A DNA stretch of 64,000 bases from an uncultured bacterium (GCA_963827235.1 CAWHAE010000017.1:160001-224000); one strand, 5' to 3'. Shown: positions 27,452 to 38,596, counted from the stretch's first letter. Notes: a model not told the origin generated them from the letters alone. A program made the numbers and translations.

Positions 27452-29398
27452 CTACGCGTGGAGCGGCTCCTCGATGGCTCGCCCGGTGAACTGACTGTTA
27501 TGCAGATCAGCGTAGAAGCCCTTCTGTGCCAGCAGGTCGCGGTGGTTACCCTGCTCGATGATCCGGCCGTGGTTCATGACCAGGATGGTCTGCGCGTCAC
27601 GGATGGTCGAGAGACGGTGCGCGATCACAAAGCTGGTCCGGTTCTGCATCAACTGAGCCATGGCAGCCTGAATCAGCACTTCGGTACGCGAGTCGACACT
27701 GCTGGTGGCCTCATCCAGAATCAGAATCGCCGGGTCGTGCAGGAAGGCACGGGCAATCGTCAGCAGTTGCTTTTGTCCCTGTGAGATATTCGATGCTTCT
27801 TCATTGAGCACCGTGTCATAGCCATCAGGCAGAGTGCGGATGAAGTGATCGGCGTGGGCGGCGACAGCGGCGCTCACAATCTCGTCCTCGGTCGCATGCT
27901 CTTTGCCGTAGCCGATGTTCTCCCGGACCGTGCCGTGGAAGAGCCAGGTGTCCTGCAATACCATGCCGAACATCCGGCGCAAGTCGCCGCGCCGCATGCG
28001 ATGGATGTCGACGCCGTCGACGGTGATCTGTCCCGCTTGGACCTCGTAGAAACGCATGAGCAGGTTGACGAGGGTCGTTTTGCCCGCGCCGGTAGGGCCG
28101 ACGATGGCAACGCTTTGTCCCTGCGCGGTGGTGATATTCATGTTCTCGATCAACGGTTGATCCGGGACGTAGGCAAACGTCACGTCCCGAACCTCGATCT
28201 CGCCGCGCGGATGTTCCAGCACAACCGCCTCTACCGAGTCGGCCGGCTCTTCGCTTTCGTCCAGCAATGCGAAGACACGCTCCGCGCAGGCGATAGTCGA
28301 TTGGATCACGTTGGCGATGTTGGCCGTCTGGATGATTGGCTGCGTGAACTGCTGTGAGTACTGGATGAACGCCTGGATATCGCCAACGGCGATCTGATTC
28401 TTCGTCACCATGATGCCGCCGACCACCGAGATGATCACGTAGCCGATGTTACTGACGAAATTCATGAGCGGCATGATGATGCCCGAGATAAACTGCGCTC
28501 TCCAGCCGGCTGCATAGAGTCGATCGTTGATCTGGTCGAACGTCTCGATCGACTCGGCCTCGTGCCCGAATGCTTTAACGACCACGTGCCCTGTGTACAT
28601 CTCCTCGACGTGCCCCGAGATTGCCGCGAGCTCCCCTTGCTGACTGGCAAAGTACCGTTGCGAACGCCGAGCGATCACCATGGTGACGACGATATACAGG
28701 GGCAAGGTGACGATCACTATGCCCGTGAGCGCAACGCTGATGCTCAGCATCATCACGATCACGCCGGCGATGGTGACCAAGGATGTGATGAGCTGGGTCA
28801 TGTTCTGCTGCAGGGTGGTAGAAATGGTATCGATGTCGTTGGTAACGAGGCTCAGGATTTCCCCATGTGTCCGACCGTCGAAGTACTCGAGGGGCAGGCG
28901 AGCCAGTTTGGCGTCGACATCCTGGCGCAGGGTGTACACGGTCTTTTGCGCAATCCCGGCCATCATGTACTGCTGAATGAAGCTCAAGATCGAACTGACG
29001 AGGTAGAGGGCGATCAACCAGAGCAGGATATGCCCGATGCCAGCGAAGTCAATCTTCGGCAGCGAGATGTGCAGCCCAAACGCCTTGTCTTTCCCTGCAA
29101 CGATCAGCTTGGCCTCCACGCCATTGAAGATCTTGGTGGTGGCTTGGCCCATCAGCTTCGGGCCCGCAACACTAAAGACCGTGCTGCCGATGGCAAATAC
29201 CGCGACTGCCAGCAGCCGCATGTGGTGCGGCTTCAGGTAGGCAAGCAGTCTCCGCAGCGTGCCGCGGAAGTCCTTCGCCTTCTCCACAGGACGGCCTAGG
29301 GCGCCACCCGGGCCACCTTCGGGTCGTCCAGGACCGCGCGTCCCCGGTCGCACGCTCGTGCCCCCACCCGCAGAGGTCCCAGCTACGCGGGTGCTCAT
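27452..29398 (-). CDS. Heterodimeric ABC exporter subunit (TM288/EfrB-like)
   Basis: GPTGAGKTT, ISQGQKQ, ILDEATSSVD, IAHRLSTI. Confidence 0.95.
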   Translation of the reverse strand: MSTRVAGTSAGGGTSVRPGTRGPGRPEGGPGGALGRPVEKAKDFRGTLRRLLAYLKPHHMRLLAVAVFAIGSTVFSVAGPKLMGQATTKIFNGVEAKLIVAGKDKAFGLHISLPKIDFAGIGHILLWLIALYLVSSILSFIQQYMMAGIAQKTVYTLRQDVDAKLARLPLEYFDGRTHGEILSLVTNDIDTISTTLQQNMTQLITSLVTIAGVIVMMLSISVALTGIVIVTLPLYIVVTMVIARRSQRYFASQQGELAAISGHVEEMYTGHVVVKAFGHEAESIETFDQINDRLYAAGWRAQFISGIIMPLMNFVSNIGYVIISVVGGIMVTKNQIAVGDIQAFIQYSQQFTQPIIQTANIANVIQSTIACAERVFALLDESEEPADSVEAVVLEHPRGEIEVRDVTFAYVPDQPLIENMNITTAQGQSVAIVGPTGAGKTTLVNLLMRFYEVQAGQITVDGVDIHRMRRGDLRRMFGMVLQDTWLFHGTVRENIGYGKEHATEDEIVSAAVAAHADHFIRTLPDGYDTVLNEEASNISQGQKQLLTIARAFLHDPAILILDEATSSVDSRTEVLIQAAMAQLMQNRTSFVIAHRLSTIRDAQTILVMNHGRIIEQGNHRDLLAQKGFYADLHNSQFTGRAIEEPLHA

Positions 29399-31122
29399 GC
29401 GATCTCCTCCTCAGAAAGTTGCGAGCTCACAATCTCGCGGTAGACAGCGCAGGTATCCATCAAGTCCCTGTGGCAGCCGATCCCCACGACGTGCCCGTCG
29501 TCCAGCACAATGATCTGGTCGGCGTCCATCACGGTGGCCACACGCTGGGCGATGATGATAGCGCATGCATCGGCAAGCTGGCCCTTGAGCGCTGCACGAA
29601 GTCGGGCATCGGTCTTGAAGTCCAGGGCCGAGAAACTGTCGTCAAACACGTAGATCTCAGGCTTGCGGACCAACACCCTGGCGATAGCCAGGCGCTGTTT
29701 CTGACCACCCGACATGTTCGTGCCACCCTGCGCAATGGAGGAATCGACGCCGTCTGACATGCTCTGCACGAAGTCGGCAGCCTGCGCGACAGAGACAGCC
29801 TGCATCACGGCAGCCTCCGAGGCGTTCTTGTTGCCGTAGCGGATATTCTCGGCGACGGTGCCGCTGAACAGCACGGCGCGCTGGGGCACGAAGCCGATTC
29901 TCCGGCGCAGCTCCGCCTGGGCGATATGTCGAATATCGACGCCATCAACCAGGATTCGCCCGGCATCGACGTCGTAGAACCGTTCGAGCAGATGCACCAT
30001 GGTGGACTTGCCCGACCCAGTCCCACCGATGATTGCCGTCACCTCGCCACGTCGTGCGCCGAACGAGACGTCCTCGATGGCCGGTTGTTCCGCCCCGGGG
30101 TAATGGAATGTCACCCGATCGAACTCGACATGCGCGTGCTCGAGCGAGATCGAAACGGATTGGGCAGGGTCGACGATGTCCGGCTATGTGTCGAGCACTT
30201 CGTTGATGCGGACCGCCGACGCTGCAGCGCGAGGCACCATGACAAACATCAGGGAGACCATGAGCACGGAGAACATGATCTGCGTGGCGTACTGCAGGAA
30301 CGCCATCAGGGAGCCGACTTCCATGCCACCGGCGTCGATACGCACTGCGCCGAACCAGATAATCGCGATACTCGCAAAGTTCATGATCAGCATCAAGGCG
30401 GGGAAGGTGAATGCCATGATGCGATTGACACGGATGGCATTGTCCGTCAGGTCCGCGTTGGCGTCCCGAAAACGCTCATGCTCGCGATCAATCCGGTCGA
30501 AGGCGCGAACGACGCGGATGCCCATGAGCCCTTCGCGCATGACGAGGTTCAGCTTGTCCAGCTTGACCTGCATCAGGCGGAATAACGGCACAGCCTTTGT
30601 CATGATCAGCAGAATAGTGCCAACCAGAACGGGAATGGCCACGGCCAGAACGATCGTCAACGGCCGGTCTTTGGAGAAGGCCATGATCAGGCCGCCAATC
30701 ATCATCATGGGTGCCATGACCATCATGCGCAGCACCATGTTGGTCACCGTCATCACCTGCGTAACGTCGTTGGTGGTGCGCGTGATCAGGGTGGCCGTGC
30801 CGAAAACGTCGAATTCATTGAGCGAGAAGCTGGAGACGCGCGTGAACAGCCTACGACGCACATCCCTGCCCAGAGCGGTCGAGGTGCGCGCGGCGAGGTA
30901 GCTGGCCGCCACCGAGCACAACATGCCGGCGCAGGCGACGAGCAGCATCCAACCGCCGCGGCCGACGATGTAGGTCTCGTTCTTTGTGAGCACGCCAACA
31001 TCGATGATGTCCGACATGAGCGTGGGCAGGTACAGGCTGGCCAGACACTGCGCAAAGATGAGCGCGAGAATGCCGGCGATGGAGCGCCTGTACGGTTCGA
31101 GATATCGATAGAGTCGAATCAC
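29395..31122 (-). pseudogene. Heterodimeric ABC exporter subunit (TM287/EfrA-like) interrupted by an in-frame TAG at 30184-30186
   Basis: TMD (SLYLPTLM, LITRTTNDV) and NBD (GGTGSGKS, SGGQKQR, FDDSFSALD, IAQR) share one frame: EVLDT*PDIVDP. Confidence 0.88.
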
Positions 31123-31257
31123 GTATCCTGTATCACTTTCTTGTCCGTGTGCCGTTCGAGTGCCCCGGCAGCATATGGACTGCCCCCTCCGAACGCTCCG
31201 CACATTGTTCAGCGCGTATGGTCTCCAGCGCATCACGCCGGAATATCGTCCTGCGCA

Positions 31258-33549
31258 CTACGCGACCTCCTCGCTCTCCGTCGTACCGCGCGTGCTGAGT
31301 GCCGCGTGGTGGAGCGAAGAAGGGAACCAGTTCCATCTCCCGATCAGGACCACAAGCGAGGGTATGAGGAGCGTGCGGATCAGGAACGTGTCCATCAAGA
31401 TGCCGGCGGCAATCCCCAGGCCGATTTGCTGGATTTGACCGCCCCCGGCCACCGTGAGGACCGCAAAGGAGCCGGCCAGGATCAAGCCGGCGGAGGTCAC
31501 CGTGCCGCCGGTGGCATTGATGGCGCGCACGACCGCCTCGCGCAGGGCACCCTCGTGTGCCTCCTCGCGAATGCGCGTCATGACCAGGATGTTGTAGTCC
31601 GAGCCAAGGGCCATGATGAAGATGAACATGAAGAACGGCAGGATGAAACTGATGCCTGCCGCCCCTTGCAGGCCTTGGAAGACCGCGACCGCAAAGCCGA
31701 GGGCCGCGAGATAGGATAGACCGACGCTGGCGATGAGATACCACGGGGCCACGATGCTGCGCAAAACAATGGCAAGCAAGAGGGCGATGACGAGCAGCAC
31801 GACCGGCACCACGCGCACGATGTCGCTCGTGGAGGTGTCGCTGATATCGCGGAACAAGGCTGCTTCACCGGCCACGCCACTTGCCGTGGCATGGGTCAGC
31901 GTTGCTACCTGAGACACGGCCTGGCGAATGCTCGGCACTGCCTGCATCGCTTGGGTCGTGGTCGGATCGCCCGCGGCCAGCGCCACGTAGAACTGCACGG
32001 TCTTGCCGTCGGGGCTGATGAACTGCGCCGTGGATCGATAGGCGTTGTACAGCGCGGCCGAGACAGTGCTTCCCGCTGCCTGCACGGGCGGCAGGGCGAC
32101 CGCCGACCCGAGCTTCGCATGCAGCGTGATCAGCTCGGCGACCGAGAGCGCCGATCCATTGGGATCCAGGGGGCCGCTCACCGCAGTGAACACGGTTTTG
32201 GAGCGCAGCGCGGCGTCCGCCTTCTCCAGCACGGTGGGTTGTTGCCAGACCGATTGGGCGTAAGTGAAGAGCACGTTGGTTGGGTTGGCCTGTGCGGCGG
32301 GAAAATGCGCGGTAAGGACCGCGGTGCCCTGCGCCGACTGGCTGGTGGTGCTGGTGGTACCGTTGTCGCCAAAGCCCGACGCACGGTACTGCGTGACGCC
32401 GAGCGCGAGGCCACCGAAAAGGAGCAGACCGATCGCCAGCGTGCGCCCGGGTCGCTGCAAAATGAAGGTGGCGATACGTCCCCACGCGCCGATCCGGCTC
32501 TTGCTCGGGCGGGCACCGGTAGGCCAGAACGCGGCGGACCCGAAGATCGCCAGCAGGGCCGGCGTGAACGCCAAGCCGACCAGCAGCATGACGGCGATGG
32601 CAATGGCCAGGGCCGGACCCAGGCCCTGGTAAAAGCCGAGGCGGGCCACCAGCAGGCAGAGCAGTGCGCCGATAACCGTACCGGCAGAGAACGTGATCGT
32701 CTCACCCACCCGTGCGACGCTCTTGGCGATGGCCGCGTGCAATGCCAGTCCACCGCGCAGCTCTTCCCGGACGCGGAAGACCAGGAAGATGCCGTAGTCG
32801 GTGCCGGCGCCGAGCACCAGGATCACCAGCAGGATCTGGGTGATGGGCGACACCTGCACCCCAAAGAGGTCGTGCGCCTTCGCGATGATCGGCTCAGCCA
32901 AGAGCACTGCCAGCCCCGCGGGCAGCAGCGTCAACAGCGGCGCCAGCAACGAGCGGTAGACGAGGAATAGCAGCACGAGGATGAATACCACCGACAGCAG
33001 CTCCGTCGTCGCCAGGGTCTTGTTGCTGGCCTGCTGGTTGTCCACGCTCGTTGCCAGATCGCCGGTGAGATAGAGCGACAGGCCGGAAGGCGCGTTGGCG
33101 CGCGTGAACGTGGCGCGTAGGGCGTCGACCACGGTCGTGCTGTCGGACCCTCCCTGTGAGGCGCCGGCCCCCAGCTCGACCAAGGCCTTACGCGTCGTGC
33201 CATCAGCGGAGATCCCCTCATCGCGGACTACAGCCACGTTCTTGACGTGCGCGGCGACGGTCTCGACGCGCGAAATGGCCGCCTGATCGCCGGCCGTCAG
33301 CGTTCCGCCGGCACGATTGGCCACGATCAGCGCCGTTTGCGCCGTCCCCCGCTCAAAGGGCGCGGCGAGCTGCGCTGCCTGCATGCTGGGAGTGTCCTTG
33401 GGCAGGAAAGCGCCGTTGTCGTTGTTGGAGGTGCTCGACAGACTGGGCAGGCCAGTAACGGCCGCGACGGTCGCCACCAGCCAGGCAACCACGATGAGAT
33501 AGCGGAGGCGAACGACAGTTCGCCCGAGTCCTGAGAAGAGATGGTCCAT
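31258..33549 (-). CDS. MMPL family transporter
   Basis: GAGTDYGIFLVFRVREE and ALGSDYNILVMTRIREE; two TM halves. Confidence 0.95.
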   Translation of the reverse strand: MDHLFSGLGRTVVRLRYLIVVAWLVATVAAVTGLPSLSSTSNNDNGAFLPKDTPSMQAAQLAAPFERGTAQTALIVANRAGGTLTAGDQAAISRVETVAAHVKNVAVVRDEGISADGTTRKALVELGAGASQGGSDSTTVVDALRATFTRANAPSGLSLYLTGDLATSVDNQQASNKTLATTELLSVVFILVLLFLVYRSLLAPLLTLLPAGLAVLLAEPIIAKAHDLFGVQVSPITQILLVILVLGAGTDYGIFLVFRVREELRGGLALHAAIAKSVARVGETITFSAGTVIGALLCLLVARLGFYQGLGPALAIAIAVMLLVGLAFTPALLAIFGSAAFWPTGARPSKSRIGAWGRIATFILQRPGRTLAIGLLLFGGLALGVTQYRASGFGDNGTTSTTSQSAQGTAVLTAHFPAAQANPTNVLFTYAQSVWQQPTVLEKADAALRSKTVFTAVSGPLDPNGSALSVAELITLHAKLGSAVALPPVQAAGSTVSAALYNAYRSTAQFISPDGKTVQFYVALAAGDPTTTQAMQAVPSIRQAVSQVATLTHATASGVAGEAALFRDISDTSTSDIVRVVPVVLLVIALLLAIVLRSIVAPWYLIASVGLSYLAALGFAVAVFQGLQGAAGISFILPFFMFIFIMALGSDYNILVMTRIREEAHEGALREAVVRAINATGGTVTSAGLILAGSFAVLTVAGGGQIQQIGLGIAAGILMDTFLIRTLLIPSLVVLIGRWNWFPSSLHHAALSTRGTTESEEVA

Positions 33550-33597
33550 GCGGTGTAGTTCTTTTTCTTCGGATGACACCGAGCTGAGAGTCGATTG

Positions 33598-33644
33598 ACT
33601 TGTTCCCGATACGGCGCATCCTCAGCGCCGTATCGGGAACAGGT
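33598..33644. terminator. Long intercistronic stem-loop
   Basis: ACTTGTTCCCGATACGGCGC-ATCCTCA-GCGCCGTATCGGGAACAGGT (20-bp arms, one mismatch). Confidence 0.6.
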
Positions 33645-33669
33645 GTATGGGAGGGCCTCGCCTTACTGC

Positions 33670-34458
33670 TCAGGCCGCGACATCACGGCGCCGGAGGAGC
33701 GCACCCGCGGCCATAAGGGCGAGAGCCACGTACAGGGTCGTGATTGCCAATGCGGTGCCGTACGCGACGTCGGTAGTGCCGCCACGGGCAAGCGCGTTGA
33801 TCACCTGGCCAGGCAGCCACTGTTTGCCCGCCGACCAGGCGGCGCTGAGCAGATTCTCGGCCACGAGCAGGTAGGCGAGGCCCCCGGCGATGGCCGCGGT
33901 GGTGGACCGGAAGGCCAGCGCAATGGTGGCACCTATCATGCCCCAGGCAAGTACTGAAAGCAGGACGTCACCCGTGGCGCTCGCTATGGAGCGCACCCCT
34001 GTGCCCGTGGACCATGCCGTGGTCGCGATCCCGTGCATCGGAGCCGCCACCAGGGCGGTGACAAAGGCGGCCAGGCAGGCAAGCGCTGCCGAGAGGGCGA
34101 CGAAGCTGGCGACCGCCAGCAGCTTGCCGGCAAGGAAGCGCAGCCGGTCTGGCTGGCGTATGAGCAGGTTGCGTAGCGTGCCGTTGGTATACTCCGTGCC
34201 CACGCACACCGCACACACGGCGAGGGCAATCACGCCAAGAAAGGTCGCGCTGTTCGCCAGCAGGTGTGCAAAGCCGGTCGAAGCCGCCACCTGGCCTGCC
34301 GTCAGGTCGAGGCCGTTCGCCCCGCGGCCGCTGCCCAACTGGGCGAGGGTGAGGATCACGGCCAGCACGGCAAAGCCCACCATCGTGACTACGCCACCGA
34401 TGATCATGCTCGGGCGCCAGATCTTGAGCCGTTCACTCCTAAACGCGCGGTTCATCAT
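33670..34458 (-). CDS. ABC-2 type permease
   Basis: EYTNGTLRNLLIRQPDRLRFLAGK; RRRDV C-terminus. Confidence 0.92.
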   Translation of the reverse strand: MMNRAFRSERLKIWRPSMIIGGVVTMVGFAVLAVILTLAQLGSGRGANGLDLTAGQVAASTGFAHLLANSATFLGVIALAVCAVCVGTEYTNGTLRNLLIRQPDRLRFLAGKLLAVASFVALSAALACLAAFVTALVAAPMHGIATTAWSTGTGVRSIASATGDVLLSVLAWGMIGATIALAFRSTTAAIAGGLAYLLVAENLLSAAWSAGKQWLPGQVINALARGGTTDVAYGTALAITTLYVALALMAAGALLRRRDVAA

Positions 34459-35441
34459 GCGGCTCCTTCTGTCAAAGTAAAGAACGTCTCTTCCAGGCTC
34501 GTCCGCTCGGAATACAGCTGCGTGAGGACCACGCCCGCCTGCATGGCGCTACGGTTGAGAGCGCCGGCGAACGATTCCGGCGCTCTCACGCGCAAGCAGC
34601 CGTCGACGATCTCGCTCGTATACTGCTGCTTGCGGGCGATGGCGGCAACGATCTGCACATCCTCTCGGCTCGCGGCACGGACGACAAGTGTGCCTGTCCG
34701 CTGTTCGAGCAACGCATCAATCCAGCCCTGGTGGACGAGCCGGCCGTGGTTGAGCAGGATGATCCAGTCGGCCATCTGTTCCACTTCCGAGAGCAGGTGG
34801 CTGCTCACCAGGATGGTCACGCCCTGGTCCTTCAGGCGATAGAGGAGCTCTCGAATTTCGACAATCCCGGCCGGGTCGAGACCGTTGGTCGGCTCGTCAA
34901 GGATGAGCAACGTCGGATCGGGGAGGAGGGAGGCAGCAATGCCCAGGCGCTGGCGCATGCCGAGTGAATAGCTCTTGACCGGGTCGCCTTCCCGGCCCTG
35001 GAGCCCCACCTGCTCGAGCAGGGAATCGATGCGGGCGGCGCTGATGCCACCCAGCGCTGCCAGGATCTCCAGATTGCGGCGGCCGCTCAGCGTCGGGTAG
35101 AAAGCAGGTCCCTCGATCATGGCGCCCACGCGCGAAAGGTAGGCGGTAGACCGTCGAACCGGCGTACCGAACACCTCCACCTCACCCTCGGTTGGGCGGA
35201 TGAGCGAGAGGAGCATGCGAATTGTCGTGGTCTTGCCGGCTCCGTTGGGTCCGACGAATCCGGCAATGACGCCGGTCGGCACGGTGAGATTCAGGTCATG
35301 CACGACAGGGCGAGAGTTGTAGATCTTGGTGAGGTGCTTGGTGAGAACGGCGGGGGCGTCTTCCGGCGACCGCCCCGGCCGGCGAACAGGTAAGCGGTGC
35401 GCTTCGTGGCGCTGAGGCAGAGAGAGCAAAGGCGTCGACAT
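34455..35441 (-). CDS. ABC transporter ATP-binding protein (BcrA-like)
   Basis: GPNGAGKTT, YSLGMRQRLG, LDEPTNGLDP, SSHLL. Confidence 0.95.
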   Translation of the reverse strand: MSTPLLSLPQRHEAHRLPVRRPGRSPEDAPAVLTKHLTKIYNSRPVVHDLNLTVPTGVIAGFVGPNGAGKTTTIRMLLSLIRPTEGEVEVFGTPVRRSTAYLSRVGAMIEGPAFYPTLSGRRNLEILAALGGISAARIDSLLEQVGLQGREGDPVKSYSLGMRQRLGIAASLLPDPTLLILDEPTNGLDPAGIVEIRELLYRLKDQGVTILVSSHLLSEVEQMADWIILLNHGRLVHQGWIDALLEQRTGTLVVRAASREDVQIVAAIARKQQYTSEIVDGCLRVRAPESFAGALNRSAMQAGVVLTQLYSERTSLEETFFTLTEGAA

Positions 35442-35541
35442 GGCTCGTGTACTCCTTGGTCATCCGACACGGTGTTCCGTGTCTCTAGGAGTAGCCTATG
35501 CCTTGGCGGGCCGAGCCGCATCCTGCCTGGTAATGAACCTG

Positions 35542-35572
35542 CTCCTCCGCAAGGATGATTCTTGCGGAGGAG
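35542..35572. promoter_or_regulatory. Inverted repeat upstream of the ABC/MMPL operon (regulator site or terminator)
   Basis: CTCCTCCGCAAG-GATGATT-CTTGCGGAGGAG directly after the response regulator stop. Confidence 0.5.
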
Positions 35573-35573
35573 G

Positions 35574-36242
35574 TCAGCTCTGGCCGGGCGTGACAAAGCC
35601 CGACTCATAGGCCAGAACGACGGCCTGCACGCGATCGTGCAGGTCCAGCTTCATGAGCACGTGTGTCACGTGGCTCTTCACCGTCGTCTCGCTGACCACG
35701 AGCTCGGAAGCAATCTGTGCGTTCGAGAGGCCCCTGGCAATCAGGCGCAGCACCTCGAGTTCACGACTCGAGAGGTCCTTCAGCACGCCAGGGTCGCCGG
35801 TGCGCGGCGTCGGCAGCTCAGCGAACCGCTCGATGAGCCGCCGGGTGATCGACGGGTCAAGCATCGCCTCTCCCGCGTGGACCACCTGGATGGCCCGAAT
35901 CAGGTCGATGGGTGGCGTGTCTTTGAGGAGGAAGCCGCTCGCGCCGGCATGCAGGGCGTCGTACACGTACTGGTCGAGATCGAACGTGGTCAGCATGATC
36001 ACGCGCGGTCGGAGCTGCACAGCGGCGTTGAGCAGGATGCGCGTGGCTTCGACGCCATCCATCACCGGCATGCGAATGTCCATGAGCACGATGTCCGGCT
36101 GGAGCTCGCGCGCCATCGTCACCGCTTCGAGTCCGTCCGCCGCCTCGCCCACGACGGCAAAGCCCTCGCGCGCCTCGATGATCATGTGGAAGCCGGCGCG
36201 CACCAGCTCTTGGTCATCCGCCAGCAACACCCTGATGCTCAT
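35574..36242 (-). CDS. NarL/LuxR-family response regulator
   Basis: LADD, LMDIRMP, FLLKD, GLSNAQIA...TVKSHV. Confidence 0.96.
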   Translation of the reverse strand: MSIRVLLADDQELVRAGFHMIIEAREGFAVVGEAADGLEAVTMARELQPDIVLMDIRMPVMDGVEATRILLNAAVQLRPRVIMLTTFDLDQYVYDALHAGASGFLLKDTPPIDLIRAIQVVHAGEAMLDPSITRRLIERFAELPTPRTGDPGVLKDLSSRELEVLRLIARGLSNAQIASELVVSETTVKSHVTHVLMKLDLHDRVQAVVLAYESGFVTPGQS

Positions 36243-37435
36243 GGTTGCGGTAGCGGCAGCTGCGCCCGCACGCGAAACCCGTGACCCGGCAGTGCGCCGG
36301 TCTCCAGCTCGCCGCCAAAGAGTGCGACTCGTTCACGCATGCCGATCAAGCCGCGTCCTTCACTCTGTCTATGGTTGTGACCTGCCGGCCCGCGGCCGTC
36401 GTCGACGATATCCAGCTCCAGTGTGTCGTCGCCATAGCGTACCAGAACCTGCACGTGCGCCGGTCCGGCATGCTTCAGGCTGTTCGTCAAGGCTTCCTGC
36501 ACGATGCGATAGGCAGACACGTCGAGCGCTTCAGGCAACGGCCGCACGCTGCCCTCGACCTGCAGGCTCACGCCCAGGCCGGCCCCGCAACTCTGGTTCA
36601 CCAGCCGCTCAAGCTGCGCAAGGCTCGGTTGCGGAGCGCGCGCTGGTGCCGGCTCATCGCTGCTCCGCAGCACGTTCAGCATGGCACGCATCTCCGCCAG
36701 CGCCACCCGGCTGGTCTCCTGGATAAAGCGCAGGGCCTCTTGCGCCCGGCGTGGATCCCGCTCCGCGATCTCTCCGGCGGCGGCGGCCTGCACGGCAATG
36801 GCACTCACATGGTGCGCGACGACATCGTGCAGCTCGCGTGCGATACGCGCCCGCTCCTCGCTGACGGCACGACGGGCATTCTCTTCGCGTTCCGTTTCGA
36901 GCCGCCGCGCCCGCTCCTCGAGTTGCGCGAGGTAGGCACGCCGCGTGCGAACGTTTTCGCCCAGGCTCCAGCTTCCCACGGCCATCGCCGTCGCCCCAAA
37001 GAAAGCGGAGGTGATGTTGGCTCGGCCGAGCGGCACCCCGGGGAGCAACACGAGCACGTTGATCACCGCGACTCCTAACCCGAGCCGCAGGGAGGTGTGT
37101 CGATCCGTCCGTGTCGCCACCGTATAGAGTGCGACTGCCATGCCGAGCGCGCTTTGCGTCATCGTGAGGGGCGCGGTCGCAAGGAACAGTGCTTCCGCGA
37201 TCTCGCACACACCGAGCACCGCGATCGGATAGCGCCGGCGCACGATCAAGGGCAAGGTTGAGAGCAGCGTGAGCGCCAAAGACAGATCAGAGACAGACGC
37301 GGGTACGCCGGATCGCTCTCGCGAGCCATACAGGGCTCCGACAGACATGGCGGTCACCACCACCATCGGGAGGATGTCGGTGCTCGACACGGTGCGCAGT
37401 CGAGCCCATGTCCAGCCGCCTTCGATCTGTTTCAC
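36239..37435 (-). CDS. Membrane sensor histidine kinase (HisKA_3)
   Basis: ERARIARELHDVVAH, YRIVQEALTN, DDGRG, GLIGMRER; probable GTG start near 37435. Confidence 0.94.
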   Translation of the reverse strand: MKQIEGGWTWARLRTVSSTDILPMVVVTAMSVGALYGSRERSGVPASVSDLSLALTLLSTLPLIVRRRYPIAVLGVCEIAEALFLATAPLTMTQSALGMAVALYTVATRTDRHTSLRLGLGVAVINVLVLLPGVPLGRANITSAFFGATAMAVGSWSLGENVRTRRAYLAQLEERARRLETEREENARRAVSEERARIARELHDVVAHHVSAIAVQAAAAGEIAERDPRRAQEALRFIQETSRVALAEMRAMLNVLRSSDEPAPARAPQPSLAQLERLVNQSCGAGLGVSLQVEGSVRPLPEALDVSAYRIVQEALTNSLKHAGPAHVQVLVRYGDDTLELDIVDDGRGPAGHNHRQSEGRGLIGMRERVALFGGELETGALPGHGFRVRAQLPLPQP

Positions 37436-37942
37436 CTGGGATGGCCCCGCCTGGCGGTATCGCCTATCTCTAGTGCCCAGGCAGTTCGGCGCCGGGCCTT
37501 GCCAGTAGCAGCATATCTCTACCTGCACGGCGCGCGCATCCTTCTCAAGGATGATCGCGCGCTGCACGGCGCGGTATCGTTGGGACCTGCTGAGATGCGC
37601 CACCCTGTGAGCTTGAATGTCATGTCGTTGACCGCTCGTGCCTGCCGCGTACGCGATCGACGCCGGCACACCGTCTCCGCCGTGCTACGCATGAGCCGCG
37701 GACAGCCAGCCCAGCCATCATCCGGATGCAGAACATGCTTCCAGTTGCGCGAAACGCGTATGTCCTTTCGGCGGCGTCGCGTTGCGGCGTAGACGCGGAG
37801 GGAGGTGGAGAGTAGTCTCATCGCGAAGATCCACCCCTGCGCCGATGCCCTCCCGATTCGCAAGGCCCAGAATGGACCATGTAGAACATCACTTCACCTG
37901 TTACTACACGGTCCTACAGACCGAGATCAAGGAGACGCACCC

Positions 37943-38473
37943 ATGACCCTGACCGACTACATCATCGACATACTGCTCATTTCCCTCATCTTCCGGCAGA
38001 TGCGCACGCGGGAGCTCACGATCCGTTCGGTGCTGCTGCCCGTTGGCCTCATCGGCGTGGCCGGGGCGAATTACCTCCATCCGTTCACACCGGGCGGGAA
38101 CGACATCGCCCTGATCGCCTTCCTGACGACGGTCGGCATCGTGCTCGGCACGCTCAGCGCGCTCACGACCAGGGTGTGGCGGGATCGCTCGGGTTCCGTA
38201 ATGACGGAGGCCGGCATTCAGGCCGCGGCGGCCTGGATACTGGGCATGGGGTTCCGCTTCGCATTTGCCATCTACGCCAATTCGGTCGACGGCGGGCAGG
38301 CCGTCGCGCGCTTCTCGGCCCAGCACGCCATCACCGGCGCGCACACGTGGACGACGGCGTTAGTCCTCATGGCCTTCGGCGAAGTGCTGGCCCGGGTCCT
38401 GATCCTCCAGGCCCGCCGTCTGTACGCTGAGCGCGGCGGTGCAGGCGAACCGGGGCGAGCGTTGGCGTATTGA
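37943..38473 (+). CDS. DUF1453-like membrane protein
   Basis: AAGGAG RBS; multi-TM protein with ALVLMAFGEVLAR, a type commonly found beside such two-component systems. Confidence 0.7.
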   Translation: MTLTDYIIDILLISLIFRQMRTRELTIRSVLLPVGLIGVAGANYLHPFTPGGNDIALIAFLTTVGIVLGTLSALTTRVWRDRSGSVMTEAGIQAAAAWILGMGFRFAFAIYANSVDGGQAVARFSAQHAITGAHTWTTALVLMAFGEVLARVLILQARRLYAERGGAGEPGRALAY

Positions 38474-38596
38474 GACCCGCGATGCATCCTCTGGCCTACA
38501 TGAAGCCGAAGTCAAGGGTCAGCTATACTGCCTCCAGACTGCGATGTCGTGGTGTCCGGCTGGCGCTCCGAGCCGGCGCCCGAAGGAGTTGGCGTC

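Noticed and set aside
30184-30186. Pyrrolysine or genome-wide stop-codon recoding
   Set aside because: Many genes here end normally at TAG, another pseudogene has an in-frame TAA, and no pyl genes are in the window.
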